From an uncultured bacterium (GTDB lineage Bacteria > Armatimonadota > UBA5829): a stretch of 64,000 nt of DNA. The notes under the pieces were generated by a model. It ran no database searches, was not told the DNA's origin, and saw only the letters and a list, made by a program, of their open reading frames with translations. Position numbers and translations under genes: made by a program. Location: the NCBI GenBank assembly GCA_938074205.1, contig CALJES010000005.1, positions 10,136 through 74,135 of the forward strand, read 5' to 3'. Position 1 is the stretch's first letter, and every line of letters starts with the position of its first letter. Shown here piece after piece: positions 30,465 to 41,405 of this stretch.

Positions 30465-30605
30465 TTTCCAGCACCATAACAGTTATTCAATTTCCAATTT
30501 GCGACAACAACGCCCCCTCACATCCACGAACTGCAGATACAGCGGCCGCCTTCCTTAAATCGGACACCAGCCGCACCTTGAGCGGCATCAAATACTACCC
30601 GACGA

Positions 30606-31202
30606 CTACCTTCTAATAACGCCGCGGTCCATGGGGATTATCGGTTCGGGCTCGCCTTTTTCAGCATAAATTCGGCTCTCCAGCTTCTCCCTGCCTTTCT
30701 GGAGAGTGCTCATAACCTTTGCCAGGTGATTCTCTATTGCAGCCAAAACCTCTCGAGCGTATTCATCGGCTCCCCGGCGAGTCTCTCTGGCCGTCTTTTC
30801 AGCGTTCGCCAGTATCTCCTGCGCCTGAGCTTTTGCCAACTGGTTGATTTCGCTCGTATCGATTAGCTTTGCTGCCATCTGTCGAGCTTCGTCTAGGATG
30901 CGCTTAGCTTCTTTGTTAGCATTCTGGATTATAGCTTCGGCCTCTTCCCTAGCCGAGGCTACGATCTTGTCGCTCTCGGTTGCCATTCGGCTAGCACGCC
31001 TGACTTGGTCAGGCAAGGAAGCCCTGATTTTGTTAACCAGCATATGAAACTCTTCAAGGTCCAGGCCCCAAGCCTTACCGAAGAGGGAATAGCTTCTCTC
31101 AGCCAGCTCCTCTAGTGAATCCAGTAGCTTAAGGATATCTTCCTGTGAGCCCAGCGCCCTATAGTAATTGACGGGACGTGTAGTTTGTTGCTCTTGATTC
31201 AT
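30606..31202 (-). CDS. Coiled-coil protein of the conserved coaD-downstream family (DivIVA/ATP-synthase-b-like)
   Basis: Long heptad-rich helix, ADEYAREVL; start overlaps the coaD stop. Confidence 0.65.
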   Translation of the reverse strand: MNQEQQTTRPVNYYRALGSQEDILKLLDSLEELAERSYSLFGKAWGLDLEEFHMLVNKIRASLPDQVRRASRMATESDKIVASAREEAEAIIQNANKEAKRILDEARQMAAKLIDTSEINQLAKAQAQEILANAEKTARETRRGADEYAREVLAAIENHLAKVMSTLQKGREKLESRIYAEKGEPEPIIPMDRGVIRR

Positions 31203-31699
31203 CTCTTCTCAGCCTCCTGCGCTCTACGTCCTAGTTTAGCCAGCAGCTTCTCTTCAACGCACTTCGGTACCAAGCCATTGATAGACGTTCCGAGATGTGC
31301 CAGTTCTTTTACCAAACTGGAACTCAAGAACGAATACTCCGCGCTTGTCATCATAAAAAGCGTCTCCACTTCCGGATTGAGACGCTTGTTCATAAGAGCC
31401 ATCTGCAACTCATATTCGAAGTCCGAAACGGCCCTCAATGACCTGATGAGCACTTTTGCCCCTTTCTGGCGGGCGTAGTCGACGGTCAGTCCCTCAAAAC
31501 AGTCTACACTAACGTTTTCCAGGTGTCCACACGCCTGCCGAAGCAGCTCCATCCTCTCTTCTACACTAAAAAGCGGCTGCTTCTCCAAATTCACCGCTAC
31601 GGCAACGATGACTTGGTCAAACACGCTTGTCGCCCGCTCGATTATATCTAAGTGCCCGCAAGTCACCGGGTCAAAACTGCCTGGATAAATTGCCTTCAT
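31199..31699 (-). CDS. coaD: Pantetheine-phosphate adenylyltransferase
   Basis: [26 protein letters not shown]. Confidence 0.95.
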   Translation of the reverse strand: MKAIYPGSFDPVTCGHLDIIERATSVFDQVIVAVAVNLEKQPLFSVEERMELLRQACGHLENVSVDCFEGLTVDYARQKGAKVLIRSLRAVSDFEYELQMALMNKRLNPEVETLFMMTSAEYSFLSSSLVKELAHLGTSINGLVPKCVEEKLLAKLGRRAQEAEKR

Positions 31700-33840
31700 C
31701 AGCTCACCGTGACCAACTGCAACCCTTCATATTTTTTGAGCAAATCTTCCTTGAGCAACCGATGCTCAGGCTCCGAAAGCTGAGGATCTTTTTCCACCAG
31801 TTGGAATGCTTCCTTTCGCGCAAGCTCCAACACGGGAACATCGCGGAATATATCCGCAATTTTCATCCCTATCATACCGCTTTGCTTAGTTCCGTAGAAT
31901 TCCCCCGGTCCTCGAAGCTTGAGATCCTCCTCTGCTATTACAAAGCCATCCGTCGTAGAGGCCATAATCTGCATTCGCCTAACGGACTCCTCAGAGGTGC
32001 CCTCGCAAATCAGCACGCAGAAAGACTGCTCCGGCCCCCTGCCGACTCTGCCCCTGAGCTGATGCAGTTGCGCAAGGCCGAATCTATCGGCGTCCTCTAT
32101 AACCATCACAGTAGCATTCGGCACGTCCACGCCGACCTCGATCACCGTTGTAGAAACCAAAATGTCAATCTCGCCTCTGCGGAATGCGCTCATTATGGCA
32201 TCCTTTTCTTCTGTTTTCATCTGCCCGTGCAAGAGACCCACCCGCAGATCGGGAAACATCTCATTTGCCAGGAACTCCGCCAAGTCGTTTGCCGCCTGCA
32301 CCTGCAGTTTCTCGCTTTCCTCTATAAGCGGGCAGACAACATAGGCCTGCCGTCCCTGATCGATTATCTTTCGCAGTGCCTCGTATACTTTTTTGCGATC
32401 GCTCTTTTGCTTCCAGTGAGTTTTCACGGGCTTGCGTCCCGGAGGAAGCTCGTCGATGATTGAAACGTCCAGGTCGCCGTATACGGTGAGAGTGAGCGTC
32501 CTCGGTATTGGCGTTGCCGTCATAACTAGCATATCCGGAGTCAGACCTTTCTCCAAGAGCGCCGCCCGCTGAAGCACACCAAACCGGTGCTGCTCGTCTA
32601 TGATCACAAGCCCCAGCTTGTGAAACTGCACACCCTCTTGAATAAGAGCATGGGTGCCTATGACAATCTGAGTCTGGCCGGAAGCAATCCGATCTCTCAC
32701 GATCTGCCGCTGCTTGGCGCTCAAACTACCCGTCAGCAGGTCGACGTGTATGCCAATGACATCTAGCTTGCCGATATATTCTGAAATCCCCAGGTAGTGC
32801 TGCTCAGCCAGTATCTCTGTCGGCGCCATCAGCGCAGACTGATACCCGTTGCGCGCCGCTATCAACATCGCCGCGAGCGCTACCACCGTTTTTCCGGAGC
32901 CAACGTCGCCCTGCAGCAGCCTATTCATACACACCGGACGTGCCATGTCCGAGGCGATCTCTCGTATAACGCGCTTCTGCGCATCAGTTAGTTCAAAAGG
33001 AAGTATCTGTCGCAACTGCTCCAGCAGATCTTCGGGTATCCTGAACTCGATTCCCCGCCCCGGGGCTTCGGCTCCGCGCTTTCGCATCGCTAAAGCAAGC
33101 TGCAGCAGGAAAAGTTCGTCGAATACCAGCCGTTTCCGCGCAGCCTCAAGCGCTTTCTCATCTGTCGGAAAGTGTATATTTGATATCGCCTCCTGTATTC
33201 CGACCAAATCTAGCCGTCCGCGCATATCTGCCGGAAGGGTTTCTTCCAGCATCGACGCGTAAGTGTCGATAGCATTTCGAACAATCCTGCGAAGCAGAGT
33301 CTGATACATACCCTCAGTCAGAGGGTATATCGGAACAACCCGTCCGCTGGAGAGCGGATCCGCCTCGTCGGAATATACTTCCCACTCAGGATTAGCGATC
33401 TCTACTCCCCACCGCCCGCACTGCACTGTCCCGTAGGCGACTATCCGCTTACCCCTCAGCTTTTGAAACTGCTCTCGGCGGAACTTCTGGTTAAACCACG
33501 TCAACACAACAACGCCGGAGCCGTCGTCAACTATGACCTTAGTCAATACCAGCGGACCGCGCGTGCGCACGTTGTCCGCCGCAACCACAGTCCCAGCTAT
33601 AGTTACCGCCTGGCCGTGTCGAAGCTGCGACACGCGGGCAAAGTGAGTGCGGTCCTCGTGCCGACGCGGAAAATAGAACAACAAATCCCTTACGGTAAAG
33701 ATACCAAGCTTGTTGAGAACTCCTGCCAGCCGCGGACCGACGCCTTTAACATATTGAACCGAAGTGTCCAACGTCCCAGGAAGGTCCGTCGATCGGGGTT
33801 TCTTTGCGGGCTGTACGTCAGCAGCTTTCGCCAGTGCCAT
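31699..33840 (-). CDS. recG: ATP-dependent DNA helicase RecG
   Basis: [33 protein letters not shown]; ATG 33840 lies downstream of the promoter. Confidence 0.96.
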   Translation of the reverse strand: MALAKAADVQPAKKPRSTDLPGTLDTSVQYVKGVGPRLAGVLNKLGIFTVRDLLFYFPRRHEDRTHFARVSQLRHGQAVTIAGTVVAADNVRTRGPLVLTKVIVDDGSGVVVLTWFNQKFRREQFQKLRGKRIVAYGTVQCGRWGVEIANPEWEVYSDEADPLSSGRVVPIYPLTEGMYQTLLRRIVRNAIDTYASMLEETLPADMRGRLDLVGIQEAISNIHFPTDEKALEAARKRLVFDELFLLQLALAMRKRGAEAPGRGIEFRIPEDLLEQLRQILPFELTDAQKRVIREIASDMARPVCMNRLLQGDVGSGKTVVALAAMLIAARNGYQSALMAPTEILAEQHYLGISEYIGKLDVIGIHVDLLTGSLSAKQRQIVRDRIASGQTQIVIGTHALIQEGVQFHKLGLVIIDEQHRFGVLQRAALLEKGLTPDMLVMTATPIPRTLTLTVYGDLDVSIIDELPPGRKPVKTHWKQKSDRKKVYEALRKIIDQGRQAYVVCPLIEESEKLQVQAANDLAEFLANEMFPDLRVGLLHGQMKTEEKDAIMSAFRRGEIDILVSTTVIEVGVDVPNATVMVIEDADRFGLAQLHQLRGRVGRGPEQSFCVLICEGTSEESVRRMQIMASTTDGFVIAEEDLKLRGPGEFYGTKQSGMIGMKIADIFRDVPVLELARKEAFQLVEKDPQLSEPEHRLLKEDLLKKYEGLQLVTVS

Positions 33841-33867
33841 AGGTGGGGATCCCCGTGCGACCGCGCT

Positions 33868-33897
33868 ATTATAGCTCCTGGCCAGGTTCGGTGTCAA
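33868..33897 (-). promoter_or_regulatory. Consensus sigma70 promoter of recG
   Basis: TTGACA-18nt-TATAAT. Confidence 0.7.
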
Positions 33898-33921
33898 ACA
33901 AAGAAGCCGGTCTGCAGACAA

Positions 33922-33953
33922 ATTAGGCTCGGCGAGGAATAGCCGAGCCTAAT
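33922..33953 (-). terminator. Hairpin terminator after tRNA-Ser
   Basis: 12-bp stem ATTAGGCTCGGC/GCCGAGCCTAAT. Confidence 0.6.
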
Positions 33954-33973
33954 CAATTTTCGAGGTATATACC

Positions 33974-34067
33974 TGGCGGAGAGGCCGGGATTCGAACCCG
34001 GGGTACGGCTTTATCACCGTACAATCGCTTAGCAGGCGACCGCTTTCGACCACTCAGCCACCTCTCC
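33974..34067 (-). tRNA. tRNA-Ser (GCT)
   Basis: GGAGAGG/CCTCTCC acceptor stem, anticodon loop CTGCTAA, long variable arm, GGTTCGAATCC, encoded CCA end. Confidence 0.96.
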
Positions 34068-34200
34068 CCAAGCAAAGTTATTGTACCACGCTTTGTCCGG
34101 ATTATCAACCGGTTTTTTCGGCAACATCCAGAAGGAAAGATCGCCTCTTCGATATAAAATTTGGTTAACCACAAATTAACACAGAGAGGAGGATACAACA

Positions 34201-34890
34201 ATGCGTTTCCTCATTGTGGCAGTGGCCCTACTTTGCGTCTGCGCGAGTAGCTTCGCGGACGACATAGTCACTATGCCCACTGCCAACCAACTCAAAGCTG
34301 GCGAAGTAGATGCCGCCGTGTACTACATCAGCTTGGACTTCCCCGATCCCCAGCCTCAGTTCGTCCAGTATCAAACCCTCTACGTAGGACTGACGGACAA
34401 TATTGAGCTGGATGTGCACCGGGCAAACGTGGACAAAGACAAATCGTCCGTGGTGCTTGTAGCATCCTATAAGCTGATGTCTGAAACCGCCACTGCACCT
34501 GATCTGGTCTTCGGGCTGCGCAACTTCAATCGCGCCACAACTACCAACAACCCCGCCGCAAAGGATAAAAGCGAGGACATGTCCGCGTTTTTATCCGCTG
34601 CGAAAACGTTCTTCTTCCGGCCGTCGATGCCTGGGCCACCGCTGGTGAGAGCACATCTCAGCCTCGGCACCAAGGACTGGACACTCTTCGGCGAGGAGCG
34701 GCACAAGGGATTGTTTGGCGGGCTGCAGTTTCTCTTCACGCCATATTTGGGTGCTGTGATTCAGAACGATGGCACAGATACCATTACGGGTGTCACGATT
34801 ATGCCCCAAGGCACTGGTTTTACCATCAAAGCCGGCACTTTCGGAGATCACACCTGGGTTGGGCTCTCGTGGCGCAAGGATTTGTTCTAG
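34201..34890 (+). CDS. Putative outer-membrane beta-barrel protein
   Basis: Signal peptide, amphipathic beta strands, C-terminal Phe; GAGGAGG RBS. Confidence 0.55.
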   Translation: MRFLIVAVALLCVCASSFADDIVTMPTANQLKAGEVDAAVYYISLDFPDPQPQFVQYQTLYVGLTDNIELDVHRANVDKDKSSVVLVASYKLMSETATAPDLVFGLRNFNRATTTNNPAAKDKSEDMSAFLSAAKTFFFRPSMPGPPLVRAHLSLGTKDWTLFGEERHKGLFGGLQFLFTPYLGAVIQNDGTDTITGVTIMPQGTGFTIKAGTFGDHTWVGLSWRKDLF

Positions 34891-34913
34891 CGCTCACCAA
34901 CTAAGAACCCAAA

Positions 34914-34948
34914 CAAATATGGCTCGGGCTGTGCCCGAGCCATATTTG
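34914..34948. terminator. Probable bidirectional terminator between convergent genes
   Basis: Perfect 16-bp inverted repeat CAAATATGGCTCGGGC-TGT-GCCCGAGCCATATTTG. Confidence 0.65.
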
Positions 34949-34978
34949 CTAACTCCCCATTGTGCGCAAAATAGGAAA

Positions 34979-37543
34979 CTAGGAAATCTCTATTTCCAAT
35001 TCCTCGCCAGCCTTTACCCTCACCGGCGAAGCAAGGGTCACAATTGCCCTATCGTCTTCCCTGACAATCGAACACCCAATCCGACTGCCACCGACGCTTG
35101 CGCTTACGGAGCTTCCAGGAAGATCCGACGGAACATCAATTTCAATCCTCTGAAGCTCCAACTCACCCCAACTCACACCAATCTTCGCAACCAAGCTTTT
35201 TCGCAACAGCTTCTGAGTGTAGATGCCCCATCCGGACCCTGTCGAGTAGAAGCACCTAAAATCGGCAGCGTTTACCTTCGGAGCAAAGGAGATTGCTTTC
35301 TCGGGCGCATTGTAGTGATACCCCGAAAGCGCCAGGATTAGTGACCAGCTTGCCATAGCCCTTGCGTAATGATGACCGCATTCAAACTCGTTCCATGGGT
35401 TGCGAGCTATTCCGTCGTGCCGATCGCGAACACCCTTGACTATGGCAAGACCTTCGTCCAGCATTCCCTCATAAATCAAATGAGCCGCCACCTGATACTC
35501 TATGCCTGTCCATACCTCGTCAGCATAGGTAAACGGGAACCTCGGTCTGCCGCCGTGAGGCCAGGTGCAAAGTAGTAGACCGGCCTCGGTGTTTAGCGCG
35601 TATGTCCGTTGGACGCTTTCATGTCTAGAAAGATCCTGCTTCCAGTTATACTTGAAAATGGACTCCAACGCCTTCTGCACCTGATCCTGCGGCAGAACAT
35701 GACCTAGGTTGACCACCTCGCAGAACCACTGACCTAAGAGCTGGTCCGACAAGCAGCCTTGACCAAACTGATACCTGGGAGCCGTTTCGACGTCGCAATC
35801 CTGCACGAAGAACTCACCGTTGAAGAGCATCCTCGAGTGTTTTTCAAACCCGCTCTGGAAAAGCTCCGCACATACCGCCGAGAACTCCTGATCACCAAGC
35901 ACCGCAGCCATCTTTTCCATAGCCTTAAGCGCGCCCAAATAGAGCGTGCCCATCATAGTGTTGGCACCAACAAACTCGATGTCGTAGGTATTATGTTGGA
36001 CGCCCTCCATGACGCCATCCTGGTCCTTATCCCACTCAGCCCACGCGTACTGCAGACTCTTCTTTGCGCCCGGGTAAACGAGTTTCAGGAAATCCAGATC
36101 GCCGGACATCAAATATTCACGATAAAGCTTCAATATACACCCCATCTGACCGTCGGCAGCAGCATAGAACTTGTGGAGAGTGCGGCCGAGCGGAACGTGG
36201 GTGCGGAAAGCCATCTTCCCGTTTTCCTCAACGTTGTTGGTAAAGTCGGTAAGCCGCATCGTGCGCTCTAGCCTGGGAAATAGAAACGCCAACGCCTGTT
36301 CATAGTTGTATACGTGTGTGCAGTTCATTGGGCAGCAGCCCCCATAATCGCTGCAGCCCTCAAAGCCGTAGAAGCGATCGTCGTCAAGCCAGAGGCCGGT
36401 GTTGGTGCGCATTATGGACATGTTAGCCCCGACCGCATCTAGAACAATTCGAGGCAGCGTGCTGCTATATAGGGCATCCTTGAACTTACCCGTCTCAGCC
36501 TCTAGCCGCTCTAGATTTCCAATCACATAACGAGCGACATCCCAAGCGTCAGACCAGAAGTCAGCATAGCGGTTCCTAAGCTTCGCTCCCCTCACTTCTG
36601 GCTCGCCATTCCAGTAATTCTCGCGGTTCGGGAAGTACCACGTGAACACAAAAGGCAGTTCGGCTGACTCTCCCGGACCAATAGAAACCTTTAAACCTAA
36701 ACTCGCGATATCTGCGGTGTCATCGGGACTGGGATCGTGAACGCCGTTGTCCCGAAATTCCCCGTCATCACGAAAGTCGTCCCAAAACGCCTGTGCATCG
36801 TCCCACCAACCGCCGCGCGTCCAAGCCTCGATATGCGTCGTCAGCTCATGTGTGGTCACCAACGCACACGAGCCGAAACGCAGATCATCAGCAGGATATT
36901 TTGACTGCGTCATCCGAATGCCCCGGAAGGATCCCTCGTCGATAAAATCGTTTTTCTGCTGGCCGAAACCGCCCCCTCTTCTGCCCGGCTGATACGTGCC
37001 GTCGTAGCCACAAGGATTCATCATCGACCAACATACCGTCACATCCACCCGCTCACTAGACTTGTTAGTAACGCGGTAGCGCAGGATAGCGGTCGGAATC
37101 GCCGAATCCTTCTCATTAAGCGGGATGAAAGGGTTGAACGCCACCAGCTCTACATCCACCGGCAGATCCGAATCCACAAACCTAACATAGGCAAACGGGT
37201 ATTCACCTTTGAAAACAGCGTCCTCAAGCCGCGGCAGCCCACAAACCTCCTGCGGCGGCAAACCACCGCCGCTTATGAAAGGCGGCAAGAGCCTCGATTC
37301 CAAAACGCGCGCCAGTGTTTGGCCAGATGCCTTTCTGACAAAAATCGCGGGGAATGTATACGGCAATACCCTGCCTTTGCCTGGCCTGTTGAATATCTCC
37401 CAGTCCCGCAAATTCCCGCGGCCACCAAGGGATACCGTGCCAGTGCCGATGCCTCCCAGAGGAAACGCAATTTCTTTGAGCGAGGGTCCGGTAAATGCTC
37501 TCTGCTCTCCTCGGGCAAATAATTTATCTTCTGTGTAAGCCAT
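34979..37543 (-). CDS. GH116 family glycoside hydrolase
   Basis: PLGGIGTG N-terminal motif, AADGQMG, HNTYD, DQLLGQW, EVWTGIEY, HYARAM. Confidence 0.88.
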   Translation of the reverse strand: MAYTEDKLFARGEQRAFTGPSLKEIAFPLGGIGTGTVSLGGRGNLRDWEIFNRPGKGRVLPYTFPAIFVRKASGQTLARVLESRLLPPFISGGGLPPQEVCGLPRLEDAVFKGEYPFAYVRFVDSDLPVDVELVAFNPFIPLNEKDSAIPTAILRYRVTNKSSERVDVTVCWSMMNPCGYDGTYQPGRRGGGFGQQKNDFIDEGSFRGIRMTQSKYPADDLRFGSCALVTTHELTTHIEAWTRGGWWDDAQAFWDDFRDDGEFRDNGVHDPSPDDTADIASLGLKVSIGPGESAELPFVFTWYFPNRENYWNGEPEVRGAKLRNRYADFWSDAWDVARYVIGNLERLEAETGKFKDALYSSTLPRIVLDAVGANMSIMRTNTGLWLDDDRFYGFEGCSDYGGCCPMNCTHVYNYEQALAFLFPRLERTMRLTDFTNNVEENGKMAFRTHVPLGRTLHKFYAAADGQMGCILKLYREYLMSGDLDFLKLVYPGAKKSLQYAWAEWDKDQDGVMEGVQHNTYDIEFVGANTMMGTLYLGALKAMEKMAAVLGDQEFSAVCAELFQSGFEKHSRMLFNGEFFVQDCDVETAPRYQFGQGCLSDQLLGQWFCEVVNLGHVLPQDQVQKALESIFKYNWKQDLSRHESVQRTYALNTEAGLLLCTWPHGGRPRFPFTYADEVWTGIEYQVAAHLIYEGMLDEGLAIVKGVRDRHDGIARNPWNEFECGHHYARAMASWSLILALSGYHYNAPEKAISFAPKVNAADFRCFYSTGSGWGIYTQKLLRKSLVAKIGVSWGELELQRIEIDVPSDLPGSSVSASVGGSRIGCSIVREDDRAIVTLASPVRVKAGEELEIEIS

Positions 37544-37622
37544 ATTCCACCCCTTGTATGCAATCTGATATGCCACTCAAATCTGCCGCAGAAAAATATC
37601 CTTCAATATACCAGCCCGAAAG

Positions 37623-38048
37623 CTAGACGTCGAAAATCACCCTAGCCCGCCACTCTCCATTTTGCTCCTCAATAGACATCTGGTGATAGGTGACAGCTTT
37701 GATTTGAGGCCCTAGCCATTCTATTGTGTTGTCGATTTTCTTTGCGTCCACCCACGCACTCAGACGGCCGCAAGAAAGGTCGGTAATCTCGATGTCTATA
37801 GGCAGCAACCTATCAGCGTCGAACATCACAAGAAGCTCAGTGAGAAACTTTTGAAGCAGCTCCTCACTATCCGCACCCACCACCACAACCTGCTTGTGAA
37901 CTTCGGGATTGTACTTTTCGAGCTCAGCCATTTGCGAAAACATGCCGTAAGCGCAGTTTTCGAACGCCTCAGCCAGGTTGCGGCCTATTCCAACCACTCC
38001 CACATCAGCCGTGTGCTCAACAACCTCAAACCTTCGTTCCCTTGTCAT
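37623..38048 (-). CDS. Archease
   Basis: EHTADVG and IKAVTYH motifs, ends FDV. Confidence 0.9.
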   Translation of the reverse strand: MTRERRFEVVEHTADVGVVGIGRNLAEAFENCAYGMFSQMAELEKYNPEVHKQVVVVGADSEELLQKFLTELLVMFDADRLLPIDIEITDLSCGRLSAWVDAKKIDNTIEWLGPQIKAVTYHQMSIEEQNGEWRARVIFDV

Positions 38049-38087
38049 AGCCTAGTTAACCCTGCGCAATTCGCACAACAAACCAAC

Positions 38088-39785
38088 TTAGCGCGCCGGC
38101 ACAAGCTTCACCGCATCCGCGAGCACGTTTCCATCCGCATCGTTGGACATAGTAATGGATCCCTTCCGGCCCTTTTCGAACCGAAAAGTGCCCAGTTTGA
38201 CCCATCCTCCCTTTTGGTTTCTCAAATCGACCCGAACTGTTTTGCTCCCATCCGCCGATTTCACAATCACCGGCGCGTTGGAAGCGTGATCTTTCATTGG
38301 ATCCGGACCGAACCACGCATACACCGTGTAAAGACCCGTCTTCGGAACCTTGGGCGTGAATATGGCGCGGGCATCCCCAGAACCTTTGTATGCCCAGTGC
38401 GTGCCCAGATAGTAGCCGATACCGGCGTGGACGTCATTTGTCGCGAGAAGCCAGCGACCCTCGAACGAAACGTTCGGCGGGTCGTCCATGTCGTCAACCA
38501 CCACAGCTTGCTGCTCTTCCTTGGGTCTTTGAGGAGGCTTTTTGTAAACGTTGAGCCCCACCTGCAAGTCAGCACCACAATGGTTTTCCACCGATAGCGG
38601 CCCAGCGATTCTGTTTGCGCTAAAAATCGCCGATTCGGTTTTTTTGTTAAGAGCCAACTGTTTGCGAGGAACCATAAAGTTGCAGGCGTTGACAATCAAG
38701 TTGCCGCCGAAGGTCTCAATTGCGGGAACGCCTTTCCGGAAGTGATCCCAGTAGACGAAATTGCAGGCATTGAACGTGACGGTACCGCTGCCGGCTATTC
38801 GGGCAATTTGATGCGCCGGCCCCCAAAATGAACAATTGGAAAACTGGACTACGCCGGAGTGCGTTTCCTTGACTACAACCTCTGTGGGATTCTCGCCCTG
38901 AAAACTTACGAACTCGCCATTTGTAATCAGAAGCCCTGGCGGCTGTGTCTGCTCGATAAGAATAGCTACGTTCGTTGCATCCGCACCAATGCCCAGAAAG
39001 TTGCCGTTGGCTGCCCCATCCTTGGACTGGATAAACCTATAACCAACGCGGTAGCCAAAACAAAACGTGTTAAAAACGTATTCCCAATCTGTCCGAGCAA
39101 AGATGAAGGCCTCGCCATTCTCAGCCAACCACTCCCGTATTCCCGTTTTTTCGTCCCAAGTCCAAAAAGGCCAAAAGTGCACATTCTCGATGCGCCCTAT
39201 GTCGTAGCACTTATCCACGAATATTCCGCGCCTCAGCGGTTGACCGTAAAGGTTGCGGATGTAGTGGCGACCTGAGGGCCTGCTGCCGAAGTCTACGGCA
39301 TTATAGGGGTTCACCAAGAGACAATCGATTATCGAAGGATTATCGCCGCCCGCACATGCAATACACCAAGGATAGGGCTTGATGTTGTCGGGCTTTTGGT
39401 TGGGATAGAACACCGTGATGCCCTTTATCGTGGAGTTTATGCCAAGGGTTATGAATGCGGGACCGTCTTCCTGGCCTTCGCCCTCAACAGCCAGGAGCGT
39501 GCTGCCGGACCCCCATCGCCAGCAGACCGGTATCTTCCACACTCCCTCTAGCGTCACGCTATTCGGCACATATATGTGGGATTTTATCAAGTACGTGCCG
39601 ATGGGCACAAACACGGTGCCACCGGTCTCCTTTACCGAATCCAACGCGGCCTGAAAAGCAGCCGTGTCGTCGGTTTTCCCATCGCCTTTTGCACCAAAAT
39701 CCTTGACGTTCACCTGCACCGGCTTGTCAGCCAGGGATGGTGAGGTAAAAACAACCAACAGCGCGAACACAATAGCCCCAACCAT
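38088..39785 (-). CDS. Secreted right-handed beta-helix (pectate lyase 3-like) protein with C-terminal xanthan-lyase/golvesin-like module
   Basis: NVKDFGAKGDGKTDDTAAFQAA; C-terminal GLYTVYAW, WVKLGTFRF, VLADAVKL. Confidence 0.7.
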   Translation of the reverse strand: MVGAIVFALLVVFTSPSLADKPVQVNVKDFGAKGDGKTDDTAAFQAALDSVKETGGTVFVPIGTYLIKSHIYVPNSVTLEGVWKIPVCWRWGSGSTLLAVEGEGQEDGPAFITLGINSTIKGITVFYPNQKPDNIKPYPWCIACAGGDNPSIIDCLLVNPYNAVDFGSRPSGRHYIRNLYGQPLRRGIFVDKCYDIGRIENVHFWPFWTWDEKTGIREWLAENGEAFIFARTDWEYVFNTFCFGYRVGYRFIQSKDGAANGNFLGIGADATNVAILIEQTQPPGLLITNGEFVSFQGENPTEVVVKETHSGVVQFSNCSFWGPAHQIARIAGSGTVTFNACNFVYWDHFRKGVPAIETFGGNLIVNACNFMVPRKQLALNKKTESAIFSANRIAGPLSVENHCGADLQVGLNVYKKPPQRPKEEQQAVVVDDMDDPPNVSFEGRWLLATNDVHAGIGYYLGTHWAYKGSGDARAIFTPKVPKTGLYTVYAWFGPDPMKDHASNAPVIVKSADGSKTVRVDLRNQKGGWVKLGTFRFEKGRKGSITMSNDADGNVLADAVKLVPAR

Positions 39786-39916
39786 AGATTTGAGCTCCTT
39801 TTACAATTACGTATCTGAACCTGAGCTTTATACGGCGAAACGGCGAGTTCCTGCCTCGCGATTCAATCTTGCCAAGCTACAGTCACGGCAAATTTCGGTG
39901 AGTTGCAAAAGCGCAG

Positions 39917-41215
39917 TCACTTCACCTCTCCCACCGTATAAAACGAGCCGGTTACCAAGACCAGGTCATCCTCCGAAGCCACATCCACAGCGCGCGAGAC
40001 CGCCAGGGGAACCGGTTTTTGTATCTCCACATCATCGCAGAACCTGCGCGCCTCTTCTGCAAGTTTTTCAGCAGGCAGCGCCAGGTGCCACTGGGATTGC
40101 GTGGCTATTATCTTCGAGGCCATCGGCGCAATTTGCTCGAGAAAAGGCCTAGCAGGGTGCGTGGAGAGCATTCCAACCACCAATATCATCCTCCGGTGGT
40201 CAAAAAGCTCATTAATCGAACTTGCCAATGCCCTTGCGGCGTCAGGATTGTGCGCGCCGTCCAGGACTACCGTCGGCCGGTCCTGTATAACCTCGAGCCT
40301 GCCAGGGATATAAGCGTTGGCCACCCCTGCAGCAATCGCCTTTTCGGGTATTCTAATCTCGTATCTTTTGAGCGCTATTATGGCTGCAACTGCTGTAGCA
40401 GCGTTGACTATCTGAAAAGATCCGGGAAGTCCGGGTTTCAAACCGGTTATGTGATGGTCAGCACCGTGGATAGAAAAGCTGTTTCCTCGGGGAACATAGC
40501 GCAAGTGCACGTCAGCCGATGGCGAGCCGGGCTTGCCATATCGATGTTTCATCACCCGCCATACTTCAGCCCCTTCTTCCCTGCAGCGCGATAGTACCAC
40601 CCGCCAAGCAGGCTCATCTTCAACCGCAGTGACCAGGGGCACGCCGGTCTTTATGATTCCGGCCTTCTCAAAAGCGATCTTTTCTGTGGTATCCCCCAGC
40701 CGATCCATGTGGTCCAGCCCAACGTTGGTGATAATCGCCACCATGGGGTGAACTATGTTAGTGGCGTCAAACCGCCCGCCCATTCCTACTTCCATCACCG
40801 CAAAGTCGACCATCTGCCGCGCAAAGTAGATAAACGCAGCCATAGTCTTAACTTCGAACTCAGTCACCGGGCCCAAATTCGTCTCAGCAAGGTCGTCGGC
40901 TATCGGCTGTATTTCGCTTATCAGTTCAGCGAAATCGGCCTTGGGGATCAGCGCGCCGTTAATCTGAATGCGCTCCCGAAGGTCGTAGACGTAGGGCGAC
41001 AAATATAGTCCAGCACGGTAACCGGCTTCGCGGAGTATAGATGCTATGAAAGTGGCAGTGGAACCCTTGCCGTTCGTCCCACCAACGTGAATTACTCGCA
41101 AACTTCGGTGGGGATTGCCGAATGCGTGCGCAAGGGCTGTTATGCGTTCGAGCCCAAACTTTATCCCGAACTTGGTCAGCCCGCCCAGGTATTCAACTGC
41201 CTGTTCGTAGGTCAT
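39917..41215 (-). CDS. folC: Folylpolyglutamate/dihydrofolate synthase
   Basis: GTNGKGST, EVGMGGRFDATN, LDGAHN, TGSFY. Confidence 0.93.
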   Translation of the reverse strand: MTYEQAVEYLGGLTKFGIKFGLERITALAHAFGNPHRSLRVIHVGGTNGKGSTATFIASILREAGYRAGLYLSPYVYDLRERIQINGALIPKADFAELISEIQPIADDLAETNLGPVTEFEVKTMAAFIYFARQMVDFAVMEVGMGGRFDATNIVHPMVAIITNVGLDHMDRLGDTTEKIAFEKAGIIKTGVPLVTAVEDEPAWRVVLSRCREEGAEVWRVMKHRYGKPGSPSADVHLRYVPRGNSFSIHGADHHITGLKPGLPGSFQIVNAATAVAAIIALKRYEIRIPEKAIAAGVANAYIPGRLEVIQDRPTVVLDGAHNPDAARALASSINELFDHRRMILVVGMLSTHPARPFLEQIAPMASKIIATQSQWHLALPAEKLAEEARRFCDDVEIQKPVPLAVSRAVDVASEDDLVLVTGSFYTVGEVK

Positions 41216-41405
41216 TGCAGTTCCCAAGACCTTCCAGTAATACGGCTTCAACGATGACCTGAGTCAATCCTGCCGCTTCGGAATCCGAACGTAGCGTCAG
41301 GCCAAAACGTCGGCTCAATCAAAACAAGTCGAGCAATCTGCACCGGTGAGGATCGCTTACGGAAGGAGCGGTTTCATTCAGTGGTGGATAGTCGAAGCAA
41401 AGGCA

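Noticed and set aside
408-32463. Long antisense ORFs (e.g. 408-1190, 22530-23384, 24303-25013, 31627-32463)
   Set aside because: Shadow frames of well-supported genes in GC-rich DNA, with no recognisable motifs.
33953-34201. 82-aa ORF, or an element integrated at tRNA-Ser
   Set aside because: The ORF overlaps the tRNA. The tRNA 3' end is followed by a terminator and the recG promoter, and I saw no duplicated tRNA end.
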